NCBI GenBank assembly: GCA_963827655.1
Contig: CAWHCF010000052.1
Location: 119,979-183,978 of the forward strand
Length of the DNA stretch: 64,000 bases
DNA from: an uncultured Acidobacteriota bacterium
GTDB taxonomy: Bacteria; Acidobacteriota; UBA6911
Direction: 5' to 3'
The translations under genes and the position numbers were made by a program. This document shows positions 62,648-64,000 of this stretch, piece by piece. How positions within the stretch are numbered: position 1 is the stretch's first letter; the number at the start of each line of letters is the position of its first letter. The notes under the pieces were generated by a model. That model saw only the letters and a list, made by a program, of their open reading frames with translations. It did not search any database and was not told the origin of the DNA.

Positions 62648-63700
62648 CTAATTGGCGGCCGTGTAGATATAGTCATTCCATTGCCATACGCCGCTGATCT
62701 GCGACCAGAGCCTCACATACAGCGTGCTTCCATTGGTCGGCAGGCCGGAAACTGTTACCGCCAGGCTTGCTCCTTGGGATTGAGTGTAGAACTCGTAACC
62801 TCCAGGGCTCGTCCCTATGTACACCCAGTATTCGGATACTCCACTGCCGACACTCCACGTGAAGGTGACTACGGAGGAGGTCAGAGTCGATCCGGGCGTC
62901 GGGCTCGTCATCTGCGCCTTAGTCGCGCTACCTCTCCGCCGTGTAGATATAGTCATTCGATTGCCATACGCCGCTGATCTTCGACCAGAGTCTCACATAG
63001 AGCGTGCTCCCATTGGTCGGCAGGCCGGAAACTGTTACCGACAGGCTTGCTCCTTGGGATTGAGTGTAGACCTCGTAACCTCCAGGGCTCGTCCCTATGT
63101 ACACCCAGTATTCGGATACTCCACTGCCGACACTCCACGTGAAGGTGACTACGGAGGAGGTCAGAGTTGATCCGGGCGTCGGGCTGGTCATCTGCGCCTT
63201 AGTCGCGTTATCTCCGGAAGCCGCCGTGTAGGTATAGTCATTCGATTGCCATACGCCGCTGATCTGCGACCAGAGTCTCACATAGAACGTGCTCCCATTG
63301 GTCGGCAGGCCGGAAATTGTTACCGACAGGCTTGCTCCTTGGGATTGAGTGTAGACCTCGTAACCTCCAGGGCTCGTCCCTATGTACACCCAGTATTCGG
63401 ATACTCCACTACCGACACTCCACGTGAAGGTGACTACGGAGGAGGTCAGAGTCGATCCGGGCGCCGGGCTCGTCATCTGCGCCTTAGTCGGGTTACCTCC
63501 GGAAGCCGCCGTGTAGGTATAGTCATTCGATTGCCATACGCCGCTGATCTGCGACCAGAGTCTCACATACAGCGTGCTCCCATTGCTCGACAGGCCGGAA
63601 ACTGTTACCGACAGGCTTGCTCCTTGGGATTGAGTGTAGACCTCGTAACCTCCAGGGCTCGTCCCTATCTCCAGCCAGTATTCGGATGCTCCACTACCGA
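62648..63700 (-). repeat. About 3.7 tandem ~285-bp repeats encoding Ig/Fn3-like modules (3' remnant of a surface protein)
   Basis: Unit AQMTSPTPGSTLTSSVVTFTW...YVRLWSQISGVWQSNDYTYTA; spacings 280, 285 and 285 bp. Confidence 0.9.
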
Positions 63701-63750
63701 CACAAATCGATGATCACCGTGTCCTCCTACCCAGGTACGGTCGTATTCTC

Positions 63751-63808
63751 GTCCTTGGTCCTTGGTTCTTGGTCCTTCGTCCGTCCCTTGGTCCTAGGTC
63801 CTCAGTCC
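63751..63808. repeat. Heptamer tandem repeat (GTCCTTG)n, followed by hairpin CCTCAG-TCCG-CTGAGG
   Basis: gtccttg gtccttg gttcttg gtccttc ... gtcctag gtcctca. Confidence 0.8.
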
Positions 63809-63820
63809 GCTGAGGCCACA

Positions 63821-64000
63821 CTAGTTCACTTTCAGCAACGCCGCGGCGTTCTTCCAGAAATCCGCTCGGCGATCCTCGTTCGACACGGGAAGTCTGTCGA
63901 CGATGGCGATGGTTTGCGGATTACATCGGGCCCTTCTCCGGATCGAACGGGGCATCAGACGCGAACAGCACGTTCGGGGCGCCGTAGAAGTTGAGCCCGC
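63821..64000 (-). CDS. Amidohydrolase-2 family protein, C-terminus (partial, with indels)
   Basis: GLNFYGAPNVLFASDAPFDPE...KNAAALLKVN*. Confidence 0.7.
   Translation of the reverse strand, partial: AGSTSTAPRTCCSRLMPRSIRRRARCNPQTIAIVDRLPVSNEDRRADFWKNAAALLKVN

Noticed and set aside
62648-63700. Possible CRISPR or DGR repeats
   Set aside because: Units are ~285-bp protein-coding domains; no spacers and no reverse transcriptase

Overview
The window reads as a bacterial chromosome segment, most likely Acidobacteriota (inferred from gene order and protein families). About 1-27.2 kb is core housekeeping DNA: rpoN-hpf-rapZ-PTS (IIA, HPr, EI), a FecR/DUF6600 protein, an MsbA-like ABC transporter, yicC-gmk-rpoZ-coaBC-era-udg-priA, a CDF transporter, a Cys-type GrdB/PrdB-like protein, an operon of two ATP-grasp enzymes + GNAT + KamA with a sigma54-type promoter, and kdsB-pyrG. 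A ~230-240 bp MITE occurs three times in this part, plus one partial copy at 30.1 kb. About 27.2-36 kb holds rpiA, nrfHA (CxxCH-type NrfA), sulP and a two-component set. About 36-64 kb is a mosaic accessory region: an integrative mobilizable element (tyrosine integrase, RteC-like, Xis, TraL-like, MOBF relaxase, TraK-like, toxin-antitoxin pair), one full and one partial IS91-family element bracketing an ECF/Ser-Thr kinase pair, an IS481-like remnant, a tRNA-Arg 3' fragment (att scar), vapBC and many gene fragments. The most striking item is a GC-rich two-gene cassette (46.4-50.6 kb). A DUF4062 + NB-ARC (STAND/NLR-like) protein carries, in place of its long TPR sensor, a soluble FlhA/SctV cytoplasmic (FHIPEP) domain, and is followed by a second soluble FHIPEP protein, with no flagellar or T3SS genes nearby. 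Many single frameshifts suggest residual sequencing or consensus errors, so split genes should be checked against reads. All domain calls are from recognising motifs by eye; no database searches were run.
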